This document shows, one piece after another, positions 15,201 to 29,000 of a DNA stretch of 64,000 nucleotides. Every line of letters begins with the position of its first letter. The first letter of the stretch is position 1. The DNA is from Chrysomallon squamiferum (Eukaryota > Animalia > Mollusca). The translations under genes were made by a program, and so were the position numbers. Location of the stretch: contig CM022679.1 of assembly GCA_012295275.1 (NCBI GenBank), positions 18,538,001 through 18,602,000 of the forward strand, written 5' to 3'. The notes beneath the pieces were generated by a model. That model was not told the origin of the DNA, made no database searches, and was given only the letters and a program-made list of their open reading frames with translations.

Positions 15201-18200
15201 AAGTAAATAACAAGGTAACTAAAAGAAAACTCAAATTACAGTGGAACCTTGGGTTACAAACGCCTTGAAGCACAAACAAATTGGATTACAAATGGTAATC
15301 TTTGGCAATTATTGTCTTGGTTTATGAATAATGTCCCAAGTTATGAACTACAGAGATGTGCCATGACAAGCTTGCTTTTGATGTCAACATCTAGTAAAGG
15401 TAAGAATAGATGCTTATGTCAAAACCGAGGTTAAAGTTGGGATTATACGCATGCCCTATAGCAAATATATATCATGAATTAGGGCCTTTAGTCCTCGATA
15501 TGCAGTTGCAGCTCAATAGCTTTTGCACTGACATTGTGCACTCACATTTTTTAAAGTGTTGCTGCATTTATGTGTATATTTTTTATTATTCCTTATCCAA
15601 TATGGTGCCCAAGATAAAAAAGTGAAATCATTAATGCTGGTGGAAAATATAAAGGTGTCGCAGTAGAGGTTAAGAAAGAAATAATTGCAAAACATGAGAG
15701 GTGCGTTCATGTGTCTGACATCACTTCACGTATAATTTGGTTTACGAACCGAGTTCTGCAACAAATTAAGTTTGTAACCCAATGTTCCACTGTAGTCTGA
15801 CAAATATGCACATGTACACACACATATACAGTCATATATACAGATATACACACGGGAAAGTGACAACTTCACATATATGAATGTATGTATATACTGTACA
15901 GTTTATATCTCATTTTTATCTTTAAAAATCCCATGCAAACAGAAGTTTTATTTTTAAAACACATCAGTTATATATCGTGAGTGTCAGTGTATACAATTTT
16001 ATTTTTCAATACGCACCATTGTATTTGCATGCTCTTTTACATCTCATTTTTCCCACCACGCATGTTCTTTTCATATTCAGAATAATATTCTATTTCATTA
16101 AAATATCCGATATGGTCAAAGTACCAGTCCCAAATTTCTCAGCTAACGTGTGTACAGATTTGGAATCCTGAATTAAATTCATTTTTAATTTTAACAAATG
16201 TTAAATTTGGCAGCATTTTGCTTGAAGTTGACTCGACATTTTACTGAGCCTGATGTTTGTTTCTAAGTCTGCACTTGTTTACGTGTACTTATTAAATAAA
16301 TGATAAAATATGTGCATCTCACCATAGGAGAAACCAGGTCATAAGCTTACCTGGCTTATGGTTTGCCAAGGGTATTTAACCAATATGTTAAGCCTTTGGG
16401 GATGAAAACCAATCCAGCATCAGTAATACACAGGATTTGGTTTATTAAGGGTTTTAATAGACGTAAATGTATACACATAAATTCATCATAGACGGTAATC
16501 AGGGATGCACACACAACAAACACATAAACACACACATACATTACTCATATACACACACACAATGAAATGTATTATTAAGATAAAATAACAGCAACGACAG
16601 ACATTATATACACATACATATACTGCAATCCAAGTAGAAATAACTATCAAGTTCATGTATTTTTGATTTCTCAAAAATGAGACTATAACTAAATTAGTAA
16701 CCGATACCTCTTATAAATTTATTTGTCATATGATTAACAAACATTAAAAATAATCAGTTCAAAATATCATTACCCCAGAAAGTTAATAATAAAAGACTGT
16801 TCACATAATTCCACAAACTTGTCAACATTTTGTCAAATTGCAAATAGCACGTTTGACATGATATACACATTTGTAAACAAAATAAATATGTAACTTTTAT
16901 ATAAAATTAAAAATCATAACATAATCATAAAAAAAATAAAAATAAAAATGTAAAAACCTGGAACGATTTTTCACGGATAACATTTCTGAAATCACTGACA
17001 GCTGACTGACATAGAATGCAGTCAATTTCACTGTTGTATTTGACCTGAAATATAAAATAAAAAAATATTTTCTATAAATTGTATGTATTTCATTCATTCA
17101 TTCAAACACACTCACTCACTCACTCACTCACTCACTTTCACTCTCTCTCTGTCTCAGTATGGTCTAGGAAAGCCACCACATGGTCAAAACATTTTATTTT
17201 CGGATTTTGACATTACTGAAAGCTTCAGGTAATTAACCAATTAAAATAACTTTATATTTTTTTAAAATTCCACTTAGAAAAGAAATATGACATTTTTCAT
17301 AAAAATATGCAAAAAACAAACTGAAATATTTGCATTTAAAGTTTCATTACATAAAACAGTAACAATTTCATCATTTATTAGTGTTTTAATCATGTTAAAT
17401 ATGTGAAACAAAAGTCAAGAAACAGTTTGTTTTATAATACTGAATAAGTAAAATAAGGCAACATACGTTAATATTTTAATCAAAAAATGTCAAAATGGAT
17501 GCTGGGAGTTTTTGGAATTTTCGCAAATTGAAACAAGTTTCTGCTCGTACTTGCCATGATTTTCTGAATGCTGGAGAAGCCCGTAGTAGTAGATCAATAA
17601 TTGCCTACGTCAGCACTGGAAGTCACATCACTAATGCAGCAATTTTAAAGGTATGACAGAGATCATGTCATTTAGCATACGTATATGTACTGCATTGTGG
17701 AGATCTCCGTCATTCAAAGGTGTTAATGGTGATATTATAAAGTATTTTGACCTCCATTTTCATAATACTCTAAGTGACTACCAGTGGGGTTTCCTAGACC
17801 ACCACACACACACACTTACTTGTTTTCTGGCTACAAATACTTTGGTTATCAGGTAAAATTTATCTGCTGATTTGTTAAGAAATCACCTTTTTTAAAATAC
17901 TCAGAGCTGTGAGCAACCATTTCTCACTGAACTCAGTGTCATTTTCACAAAAGTTAATCATGTGGCAAAGTGTGTCTGGATCCTGCAACCAAAATTTGAT
18001 CACAGTAATATTTATTCATTTAACCTAACAACAAACTATTAAATAGAAATGAGTTAGTTCTTGTTATGGAAAACAACTTACAAAACAAAACAAAAATTAT
18101 ATATATATTTAATTTTTTGTACACAATATTACAAAAAGTTATCTGAAAAAGATAATTACAAGTCAGTAGAAAATAAGATTGAAAAAACAAAAATTCAAAA

Positions 18201-21200
18201 TGCAAGATAATACAAACAAATCCAAAAAAAGAAAAAACATAAAACATTAAAAAGGAAAAAAACCGAGAGAAAAAAAGCATTACATTTAATTAATCATTAA
18301 ATGGTTCACTACTCATTTACATTAAAATCACGTAAATGCATTATATTAAAAGGACTTAGATTCATATTTTCCAAAATTGAGTTTGAGGCACTGACTGAAA
18401 GTGATTAGGCATTACTTCATGATGGGAAACCTCATTATTTATTTCTTTGTTTTATTATTAGTTTTAATGTATCCAAAAATCTGTGAATAAAATAAGTTAT
18501 CAAGTTATAGTCAAAACATTTATTAACTCAGGTGAATAAAGGGTACTCATAATTATTGAGGTTATAATGAGCACAGGGTTAAAAACTTACCAACTGATCA
18601 TTAAGATATTTGATAATTTCAACTATGTACCTATGAAGCACCTTCTTGCACTGGAAAGGAAAAAAAACATGAAATTTACACAAATAATTTCAAATAATTA
18701 AAAAATTATGTTGTCTAATGTACCCCCAAAAGCACAATTATTCATGAAAATACATCTTACAACTTTGATGTAAAATAACTTTTGCAAATCTGTGTTTGTC
18801 AAATAAAGGGAAACTTCCTGGCACTTTTAATACTTACAATGTCACCAAATGGTCCCAGCTGTGAACACACTAGGGCATCAGCCACCTCTTCCAAATGCGC
18901 CTGCATAAAACAAAACAAAAAATAGTGCTTAAAGAATGTGAAGTGACACCTAAAACCATTAGCTGGAAAAACAGTTAAACAGACTTTGGGGGTAAACTAA
19001 AATAATGTTTACACCAATTTTCCTCATTTCATATATCCTTCTGAAACAAAATACCTTCCTGCTCATAGGAAAGTATACATAGTACTTTTGCTACTGACAC
19101 AGGTAACCTGACACCAAACCATTGCTAGTATTAAAATTAACAAATTATTATCAGAACAAAACCTAAAATAGTTGTGTTAATTCTCTGTACTCCATGCTAT
19201 TATGGGATTTGCTGCAAAGAATTAGAATACCACAACAAAAATTGTTTATTTGAAAAAAACGACAGAATCTCTAATTAAATGAATTTGAATTTTCATACTT
19301 AAAACTTGTAATAATCCAATATGAAATACCAAATTGATTCAGTTTCAAAGAACGGTTGTAAACTCAAATTTAATGTACAAATTACAATAGTCTTATTATC
19401 TGAAAGTCTTCTCTCAACATCTTTGAAGAAAGTTTTGCAATCAGCACAGTCTGTTGAACCATTCTTGACCTGAAAAAAAACCAAGAAAAAAAAAACCACT
19501 CAGTTACTCTACAAGTTATGAGAGAAAAAAAGAAACAAATATGCTACAATGACATCAGGAATTAAAACATAAAAAAAATGATAAAATATCTTTTATAATA
19601 CACACCAAGTGTTCAGTAACTGGACTGGACTCGACTGCTTCTTCCATTCTTTCACACAGTCCAATGGCAACACATACTGTTTTGATGTCCTAGAAAGCAA
19701 AAGGAAAAGGGATTGCTAAAATTTTATTGTTATTAGTATAAAAAAGTACTGCATTAATATGAAGTTGATTAAAATATTAGGTATTATTTAAAGTGTTATC
19801 ACAAAAAAATGTTCAGCTTAGGTCCAAATAAATTACTATACTTACCAAGTCACTAGATACAAGATACATAACCTCTTGCAGGTAATTTTTTACCAGATCC
19901 TTGCACTGTATGGAAGAAAATAAAATATTACATATATTCACACATATTACTCTCAGGAAATGTGTTTTGGATAGTTGTTTTAAAAATGAGGTAATACATT
20001 TTTTGTACAGATATGCAATACACACGTAACAAAAAATATTTTGAAGGCATTTTCCTTAAATACATACCTTCTGTTTCAGTGCAGTTGGAAACACTGTGCA
20101 GCTTTTGGCAAGCATATTATACTGTTCCGTCTGTAATGATAATTGGATTTCTTTAATTATGTTTACAGAATATTGGACACGCTTACGATTTTGGAATGAT
20201 CAAGAATGCATATTGTAAGTCACAAAAGAAACAGATTGTGCTAGAGCATCAATGGGGTAAACATGTCTGGAATACAGAACAATACAATACATATATATAT
20301 ATGTATATATAAAACAAATTTGTAATAACCATATCAGAACTCAAAATATAGAAGAAACAGGCATTGATGACGCAATTTATTTAGATTGCACTGGTTATGA
20401 ATATTAGTCCAAATATATATTCATTAATTTAGTTATATTTAACTTATTTTTAAATTATTAGAGCAATGAACGATATCTATTCATCAAAGTTTATTCATTT
20501 TTTCTTTGTCACACATTTTATGATCTGCTACATTATAGAGTAACAGATACATTATGGTTGGTGATATACCTGAATTAAATCTCAGCACCAATATATAGGC
20601 CCAGCCCATAAAAACCACTTACCTTTTCAATTTATACAGAACAGCACACCTTTATTTACATTAGCAGCTTGAATTTACAGTCTATTATATACTTATAATC
20701 TACTCCAGAAAGGTGTTGCAGGTATTAATTTGTGGCAATAAAATGTATGTAATCACGAGACTACAGATAATTAAAAAACACAGGTGTGATAAGTCTATTA
20801 TTTGAAGCAGACATAAAATAATTTTCTTAGCTTTGTACTTGCTTTGATTTGACAGCAAACAAAAGTTACCTATCATCTGACCATCGTTGAAATTTTCTCT
20901 GATAGAGCTTATCAACAAGCAAAAATAATTTAAGTTTTAAAACTGATGATTTTATGATATTAAAAAAGTATTCCATCGATACTTCTGAATACATTGTTCT
21001 GTTATGAAGTATAGGTTATGCTTATGATTCTTTATTTGTTGTTTATCGCAAGAATTTTGAAAGCAAAATAACTGACTGTTTTAGAATGGAAGATATTAAT
21101 TGGCATAACACAATATTAATTCGTTTATTTAAGAACATATTCATATTATATTCAGTAAAAGTGATAACATAACAAAACATGCATCGTACAAGTTATTAAA

Positions 21201-24200
21201 AATATATTCAACATAGAAATATAATCATTTCAAATAGTGCCAGTTCTTTTTAGTTGCACATAAAATCTACGGTGATTTGGCCTGGTAGGAGAAAATTCAC
21301 GGCAATTTTTACACACATGTATAATATATAAGCTAACAGTAGGAACATTGAAGAAAATATACAGCCAACAAATTATATAAAATATAAAATATATAATATA
21401 ATCATTTGAAACAGCGCCAGACCTTTCTAGTTGTACATAAAATCTATGGTGATTTTGCTCTGTAGAAAATGTAACATAATGGCAATTTTGCTAAGCACAT
21501 GCTACTTTCAAATGCAGAGCTTCTCTGTGTCAAAGAAGGCACACTATAGTGTCACACATTATTTGAAAGGTAACTGCATGAGCTTTCATTTGATCCTGAT
21601 AATGTAGGTTTTATTTTCAGCCAGTTTTTTTAAAAACTAGTTAGAAGGCAAGATCAAACTTTGACCCTCCTAGCTGTGCTAAAAATAACAGTGAAGCCAT
21701 TTTTGCATAGATAAACCAGGCGTTTGTGGAGCAACCCTATTTTAGGACTTTTTATACATGCTGTTAATTGCTGACCATGGATGCCGAAATGTGTTTACCC
21801 CCATTGCATTTAACACTCTTGTAGAAAAGACTGGTTTAACACACAATAAACACAATATTACCATTTAAAAGAACACATAATTGATCTTCATTTCCATGTA
21901 TTTGTTTTTTATGGGATGTTTTATAGAAGGGATTTGGGAGCGGATGAAAATGGACAAAATCTGAACTTTTAACAGTTTGACCAATTATATCGGCAAGGCT
22001 GCCAGTACCTACAATATATTTATCAACATAAAACCAAGTAAAAAATAAAACAAGATTGAATTAAAAAATGCAGTAATGCTAACCTTCTTAGTTGTAAATT
22101 TCATGATATGTCGGATATTATCAATCATTAACTGACAGAAAGTACAAGATGGATCCTGAAAACACAAGATATAAAACATTATTTACATGTATTTTAATCA
22201 AATAAGATTACAGTCAGAAACACAATGCAGCAAAACAGCATGTTTTGTGTTAATAATAGTGCACTACAAGTAACTATAACACATCTAGGAATTTATAGCA
22301 ATGACAATAAATACAATTAAATATATTATGTTACATTAGGTCTTTATTAATATAAACACGCTCCTGTTAAAGTGTTTATTACTAAACCACTGAATACAGT
22401 TCACAACTTCAGTTTAACTATTTGTTTACAAATTTAAAACTGAAACAAAATTATTTATACTTGTTTATTGTAATAGTTATAATTTATCTTTCAGTCATAC
22501 TATATACAGTATACCATGTTAACTGAAACGGCGATAAACACAACTTACCCATTCTGTTATATATTTATTAGGAACTGAGATATATATAAAACAATAATTA
22601 GATAATCAAATACATGCATAAACAATTAGATAATCAAATACATGCCTTCTTGATGGATACTTTCTGAGTTTTCCATATAGTTTCCTTGCAATGACCAACT
22701 GCATGACATTCTTTAGCATGTTTGATATGGCTACACCAATATGATGGTCCCCATGTACACTTGTCACTGCCCAGGGACCAACACTGACCTAAAATTAGAA
22801 TAAATTGTTGTGGGCACAACTGGTATATGCTATAGCAAGTAAAACACTATATGCCTCAATTTAACAAATGAAAGTTAAGAATAAATATTAAAAACATCAA
22901 AAATATTAAATAATGTCTAAATTCAAAGATCCTGAAATATGATGTCATCTTTCATTGTTCCTTTTTGAAGTTTTGTGCATGCACATACTAGTGAAAATCA
23001 TCTTTCAGTGGCTTTGTTTAACATTCATTGATGTGAAAATAAAATTTTCATTTGACACATCCTACAACACAATAATTATCTAATTTGTTTCTGTTTCTTT
23101 TATACTTTTGGGGATCATTTCTAACCAGTGAGTACATCAGACAGGCTAAATTTCTCAGTTCATTTTGGTTATTATAAGGGTAAAAAAAAAAAAAAAAAAA
23201 AAATGTTTCTGATAATTTATCTTAATCATTCCTGCGTAACTTACATTTTTATTATTCTGTTAAGTAATGTTTGAAGTCAAAAGAGAAATTTGTGGTCAGA
23301 ACAGAAAAATGTTAAATGCTGTAACACTAAAAGGATGTGGAGCTAATGGAACAATGCAGTTGATTGCAAGTGTCATCTGGGAAATCTACTCAGGAGAAAT
23401 TGTTTTTATTATATTTAAAACATTCATATACAGTTTCAATGCATAATAATACATATTTCAATTCATAGATAATGATAAAATTGCATTAGTATAATACAGA
23501 AAACTGTATTTTATCCTATTACTTAATAATGCTCACCCAGTTATAAATTCAGTAACTAACAGGTTGTGGAACTAACTCTACACTCCAGTCAAAATGCACT
23601 CAATAATACATAAATATATATATATATTTAATTATTTATTACTATTATTATTATTACCTAAAAATTAGTTAAATGCTGATAATATTATTTTGTGACAAAG
23701 ATCAGTGAAAAAAAAAAAATCAAATTAGAAAATAGCCATGGATCCATCTTTTCAGTCAGAAATTACCTTTAGTATTATTAATTCATTTTTATGCCATTTC
23801 TGTGATATATCTTACGTTAGGATAATGCAGCATATAAATTTAATCAATATTCTTAATAGTTTGAACATACAAGTATCGACTAAAATAAAACTGCATGAGT
23901 GCATTATTTTTTTTTGGTTTATCACTCAGTTCACTGTATGTCGATGTCACCAAAAATTTTAATTGCAACTAGATGCTGTTTAAAATGATTTTATTATTTA
24001 AATTAAAGTAGTAGTAGTAGTAGTAGTAATAATAAATATTAAATAAATAAAAAATAATAATTCCGACTTTTTTCTTCTCTTAACCGCGATTTCGGAGATC
24101 ATCACTATCAAACTCAAAGGGACTAAATGATATCACTTGACTGTTGACAATACCGCTACAAGCGGTTAATTAGCAGGAACTATAATAAAGAAAACTGATA

Positions 24201-24418
24201 TGTGATGTTATAATTTAAAGCAAAACAGAGCTCACTTGTATATATTAATGCGTTTTAATCATTTTTAAACAGAATTTAGTAAAGTAGTTTGGCCTGTGCC
24301 TGTGGCGAGATCGACATGACGACAGGCACCGTCTTTCCATCATTTCATTAACTAAACTAAAACTTAACTTACCGTAGGCACAGAGCAGAACCATTACCAA
24401 AAGCGCTAATATTTTCAT
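9249..24418 (-). CDS. PSAP: Prosaposin-like precursor: signal peptide, SapA, five SapB domains; about 571 aa, 19 exons
   Basis: Exons: 24418-24373 (MKILALLVMVLLCAYG), 22788-22646 (or -22661; SapA CTWGPSYWCSHIKHAKECHAVGHC), 22155-22084, 20130-20068, 19905-19846, 19689-19606, 19469-19386, 18900-18838, 18650-18591, 17982-17887, 17044-16958, 14534-14472, 14199-14140, 13874-13650, 11825-11648, 11484-11327, 10187-10107, 9719-9638, 9259-9249. Five six-cysteine saposin repeats begin CTFC, CADC, CILC, CILC, CDIC. Joined length is 1716 nt, in frame. The last micro-exon is less certain. Confidence 0.92.
15239..15792 (+). mobile_element. Tigger/pogo (Tc1-mariner superfamily) non-autonomous element
   Basis: 23-bp TIRs CAGTGGAACCTTGGGTTACAAAC and GTTTGTAACCCAATGTTCCACTG (22/23 match), TA on both flanks. 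Internal remnant MVPK...VEVKKEIIAKHER is a CENP-B-type HTH N-terminus. Confidence 0.9.
17160..17801. mobile_element. MITE-like element in a PSAP intron
   Basis: Terminal inverted repeats TGGTCTAGGAAAgCCACCA and TGGGGTTTCCTAGACCA, flanked by microsatellites. No TSD resolved. Confidence 0.6.
20300..20520 (+). mobile_element. Possible highly decayed LINE 3' end
   Basis: Weak resemblance to the IC...IEE...F..C..Y pattern of LINE ORF2 C-termini. Confidence 0.3.
21220..21490. repeat. Diverged direct repeat, about 180-bp period
   Basis: AATCATTTcAAAtAGtGCCAG...TAGTTGcACATAAAATCTAcGGTGATTT...GGCAATTTT occurs near 21222 and again near 21400. Confidence 0.65.
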
Positions 24419-24519
24419 GGTGTTGATAGTGTACAGAAAAACTGAAAAGATTTGTTAAAAAAATATATATATATATATATTTCCTGCCGCTGTGAAACTA
24501 AAATGGACGCCTGCAAGAG

Positions 24520-24615
24520 AAGTATTATATAAACTAAAACACATGACGAATCGTCATGTGATTTCCTCGTATTTGTCATATGACTTCCCCTTTAGTAACG
24601 AGCCAATCAGATTGG
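24520..24615 (-). promoter_or_regulatory. Prosaposin proximal promoter: TATA-like element, paired CATGTG M-box/CLEAR-like sites, CCAAT boxes
   Basis: TATATAA near 24525-24531 (-); palindrome CACATGACGAATCGTCATGTG at 24540-24560; GTCATATGAC at 24575-24584; CCAATCAGATTGG at 24603-24615. All lie about 100-200 bp upstream of the ATG. Confidence 0.65.
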
Positions 24616-24861
24616 ACAAATTGATGTTCGGATTTATCGTTTACCGTTTTATTGTTGGGGTGTTGGTGGAAGCACACAAACAACAAACAAAAACAACAAC
24701 AACAACAATTCTATGTATCTATAAATTGCTAATGCAAATATACTATTTACCTCTTGTTACGTTTTCATATGCATTTTAAGTCGGGAAATCAAAGAAAGAA
24801 AGAAACTTAATACAAAAACAAAAATAAATACATATATAATAAAGAAAATGATGAAAACAGT

Positions 24862-24863
<2 letters not shown>

Positions 24864-24914
<51 letters not shown>
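24864..24914. repeat. (AAT)n microsatellite
   Basis: Read directly from the sequence. Confidence 0.95.
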
Positions 24915-24915
<1 letters not shown>

Positions 24916-26099
24916 TAGAGGGCACACCCCTAATGCATTAATGTAATAAAATCCAGACGAAAATATTTATTTGTGGTTTAATGATTATCATTAAGATGAA
25001 ACCGGATACCTTCGAGATATGTACACAACAGAGCAGCTACAGTAAACGAAACAAAGTGCGTGCATGATTTGAAACGCGACATTAAAACCATTTGGGTGTA
25101 AAATAACGACATCGTATTTATCTGAATTACATTTTGCTTGTCTGAAATTATAAACAAGCTTATCGATATGAGTAAGAATAATATGGATTCTACTGTATTC
25201 CATATTTTACTAAATAATAATTAACAAACAATAAGTGATTACAATAATAAAAAATAAAGTGTATATGTATGCGTATGAGTTTAGACATTTTTTTTTCATT
25301 TCTTTTTTTTTTTTTTTTTTTTGAGGTGGGTAACTGTGCCCTTGCATACGACTGTTATTTTATTTTTTGCTTATCCGCCCTAATCCATTAGTGATTCTTC
25401 GTATTTTGTGACATCTTCGACATCAAGTTTGTTAGGTTATCAGTACGTGTTTTGTGACATGTATCTGGTAAACTATACATGTAAATATCCGTTTTCTTTA
25501 ATTCAACGAATGCTAATTAATCGGTATTGTCAACTGAAAAGTATTCAATCGGCTTCAAAACTGATGGCCTCCGAAATCTAGCAGTTATGATCAAAAGTCG
25601 GTATTTATTTCAGTAAAGCTTGAAACAATAGACTGAAATTACAGAAATTTTCGGAACGTAAAGTGACATTATCCAGTTATTTTCATCATAAATGTAGTAT
25701 TATCTTGTCTTTTTTCTTTTCTTTCCCCCAAGATCTTTCCAGTGACGCAGAAATAATTTGTTGTGCGTTTTTTTTTTTTTTCCTTTTTACTTCAAATATT
25801 TCAGTATAATTTAAATATATCTATTAAAATGCAGATAGAATGTTTCAAACATATTAATTTGGTGGAATTATTTAAGAAATTCAAAAACAAATTCTCTTGG
25901 TATATGTTGAATATGAATTTTATTGAGATAAGAAAAAAAAAAAAAAAAAAAAAAAACGGTGCTCCTAGTCACAGGAAAAGTTCTTTATAGTTAAAGGAAT
26001 ATAGAAAAATGGCTCCAACCATAAATGCTAGTTAGGTTAAGTTGGTAATTTCAGTTTTTACATTTAGTTAACTTCGTTTTACGAAATGATGAGTAAAAA

Positions 26100-29000
26100 A
26101 TGTCGTTAGAAATGGAACAGTCTAAAAAGCACAAACGTACAGAATCAAAGAAAAGGAAAGCAATTGCCCTGTTGACATTAATAAAGGAACGGGAAAAAGA
26201 AGTATGCAAGTTTTCTCGACGTTGCCAATTTTTGCTTTCGTAATCGTATTATGACACCAGAGATTCTGCCCACTTACTTCTTGTTCTGTTGCTGGCGATG
26301 ATATGATGGGTTATGTGAAATTAAAGGCAATTTCGCCTGTTGAACATGTCTAATAATTTAGTGTTTATGAAGCTTTTTCAGCCAGAAAAATAATTAAAAT
26401 CATTAAGGCCAAAGGGTCTTTTTAATTTTATTTTTATATGTCTGATTTCCGCTTACAGTTCCAATTTTATTATTATTATAGTTATATAATAATAATAATG
26501 TATTATCAAATATATTTTTCATTATTGCCCAAGTTCACTATCATGACAATGTATGATTTGTATCTGCTGGTGCTTGTATCCATTTGATGTGCACTACCTC
26601 AAGAACTTTTTCTTTTATGAAAACGTCTTTAGTGACTTAGTACACATGTTTCTGTATTACATTGCTATTGAAATTTTCAATCTGTTTATCCAGTGATAAA
26701 TATCTTCCAAAATTTAACGAGGCATTTAAAAAAAAAAAGATGAGTACCATTAACTTCCAAAACGAATGTGTCATGTTAATCATGTATTTAACTTCATTGT
26801 GCAAAATGTTATCAAAATCTGCCAACCACTGTTATCTTTTTGCCATCCACAAAAATCATTTGACATGGCTGTGTTAATGTTAAACAAACTATTATCATGT
26901 TAAGTCGCATGATCAAATACTGCAGTTTAATTGGATATTCCATTTTATTATATCTATATATAAATAATTACCTATATCATTATCCAAGGTTGAATTTTAT
27001 TTTCCTGCAAAGCATATAACTGAACTATAATAATTTGCTAGTTTGTAAATTATATTAACTAATTCACATAGAAATACAAACCAGTGTTAAATTAGTTTTG
27101 TATTTCAGTGTGAATTAGTGAATATTTGTTATATCACAAACATTAAGGTAAGTCAGGAATCAAGTGTCTTCTTCCTGTCAAGTAAATTATCAAACATAAT
27201 ATTTTGTACTCTGCAAGTACATAGGTTTCGTATGATGTCAGTGCAATTACCAATAATCCCACTGACAGCCATGCTGTAGGGCATTGTTCAGATAAACTTT
27301 TGTATTCATATATTGTATGAAAGTAACTAAATGAGTCGATGAAACCGAATGCTTCATGTCAGCGTGGTCTTATTGGCATATTAATTTTTTCACTTACTCA
27401 CTCGATTGTATTAGTATGTTAGTATCAAAGTATGGCTAACACTTGAGTAGTTTGGGGATGTAAGAATTGTTCAGACAATGGAGTTAAAAGTCATGATATC
27501 CCAAAGCCAAACTCAGAAAATTTTGAGCGACAGAAGAAGACTGCAACTTTGAAGAACAAACCAAGCAAACTTTAACCCGTGCCCAACCAAACGTCATTTT
27601 AAAGTGTTTGGATCACTTTATGAGTTTATTATAACAGGTAATTAAATCAATTTAGTCATTACTGAAAATAATGTATTAAACCCTCAGCAAATTGGTCATA
27701 AATTTTATTACAGTCAAAATTAATAATCTGCTAATATCAAAATTAATAACTATTTATATTTCATAAATTTTGAATGAGAATAAATGAACAAACTATAAAA
27801 ATTTAACTATGAACTATTCCAATATGAAGGTAATTTTATTAATATTATTTTTTTTTTATGTAAGAGTGGCATTGTTACCCCAGTCTTAAAATTATATATG
27901 GTTGTTAGAGACCCTATAAAAGGTAGAATCAAACCATTTGAATTGCTGCACAAGTTACTTGCCAATAATTTTGTATGGAGTAAGTACACAGTATTTATTA
28001 TTTCAAATAAATTAACATTGACATTTAGTACTAAATCATTAATAATTTTGGTAATTACACTTAATGTGATATCAACATGATTTCAATATATTGTTCTACA
28101 TATGTGTTTCTGTTAACAGAAAAAAATGCAGATATGTTTGATCTGACTAATCCAGACTGGACATCTCTAAGAGTGGGACCAAAACCTGATGCATCTGATC
28201 CTGCTGAGAACTCATCAAAAAACATTATGAAAAAGTGAAAGGTAGAAATGTTAAGTTCCAAGCTGCCATGGCCCTGCAAGATCTTGAGATGGAGGAAGTT
28301 GCTGTTGTTGATAACACTTGTAGTTTTCAGATTAAAGGAAAACTACAACCAGTTTCAGATGTTACAGAAGCAGAACTGGAAATTGTAGGCATGATGCAGG
28401 TGGAACTTCAGAGACATATCAGAGTTCATGGAACTTGAAGAAAAATTAAAAAGTAGTTGTTTGCTACAGAGACCCTCAAAGATGACAATGTAAGAGTAAA
28501 ACATTACAGAGGATTTGTTTTACAGTACTTACAAATTTGTTTAATTTTATTTCTCCACATATCTTAGAGACCTCAAAAACAGTTTTAACAAAATTTGAAA
28601 AACTTATTTTAATGAAACATAGGTTCAATCTATGCTGACAGAATCTGGGTTAAAATTTCTGCAAATTGTGTGTCCAAGACATTTCATGATGGCATACAAA
28701 TAATGGTTGTGAAGATGAAATGCTAAAACTGTTTTGCTGAACCGAGAAGACATTCAGTTAATAATGTCTATGGAATTTTGTAGATATTTGGGAGTCAGAG
28801 TGTCAGTTATTACTGACTTCTTTGAGATATTTACAGAGAAACCGTATAACTTATTAGCTTGAGCTGAAACTTGGTCAAATTACAAACATCATAATACTGT
28901 TAAATATTTAACTGGTATTGCAAAATGGTGTGGCAGAGCATCAGACAAACATGGAACTTAACATTATGGTTTATTATTAAACCTTTTACCAGGTGATAGT

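Noticed and set aside
22653-22661. GTATCC donor as a U12 GT-AG intron in PSAP
   Set aside because: It reads GTATCCAT rather than GTATCCTT, and there is no CCTTRAC branch point before the acceptor at 22156.
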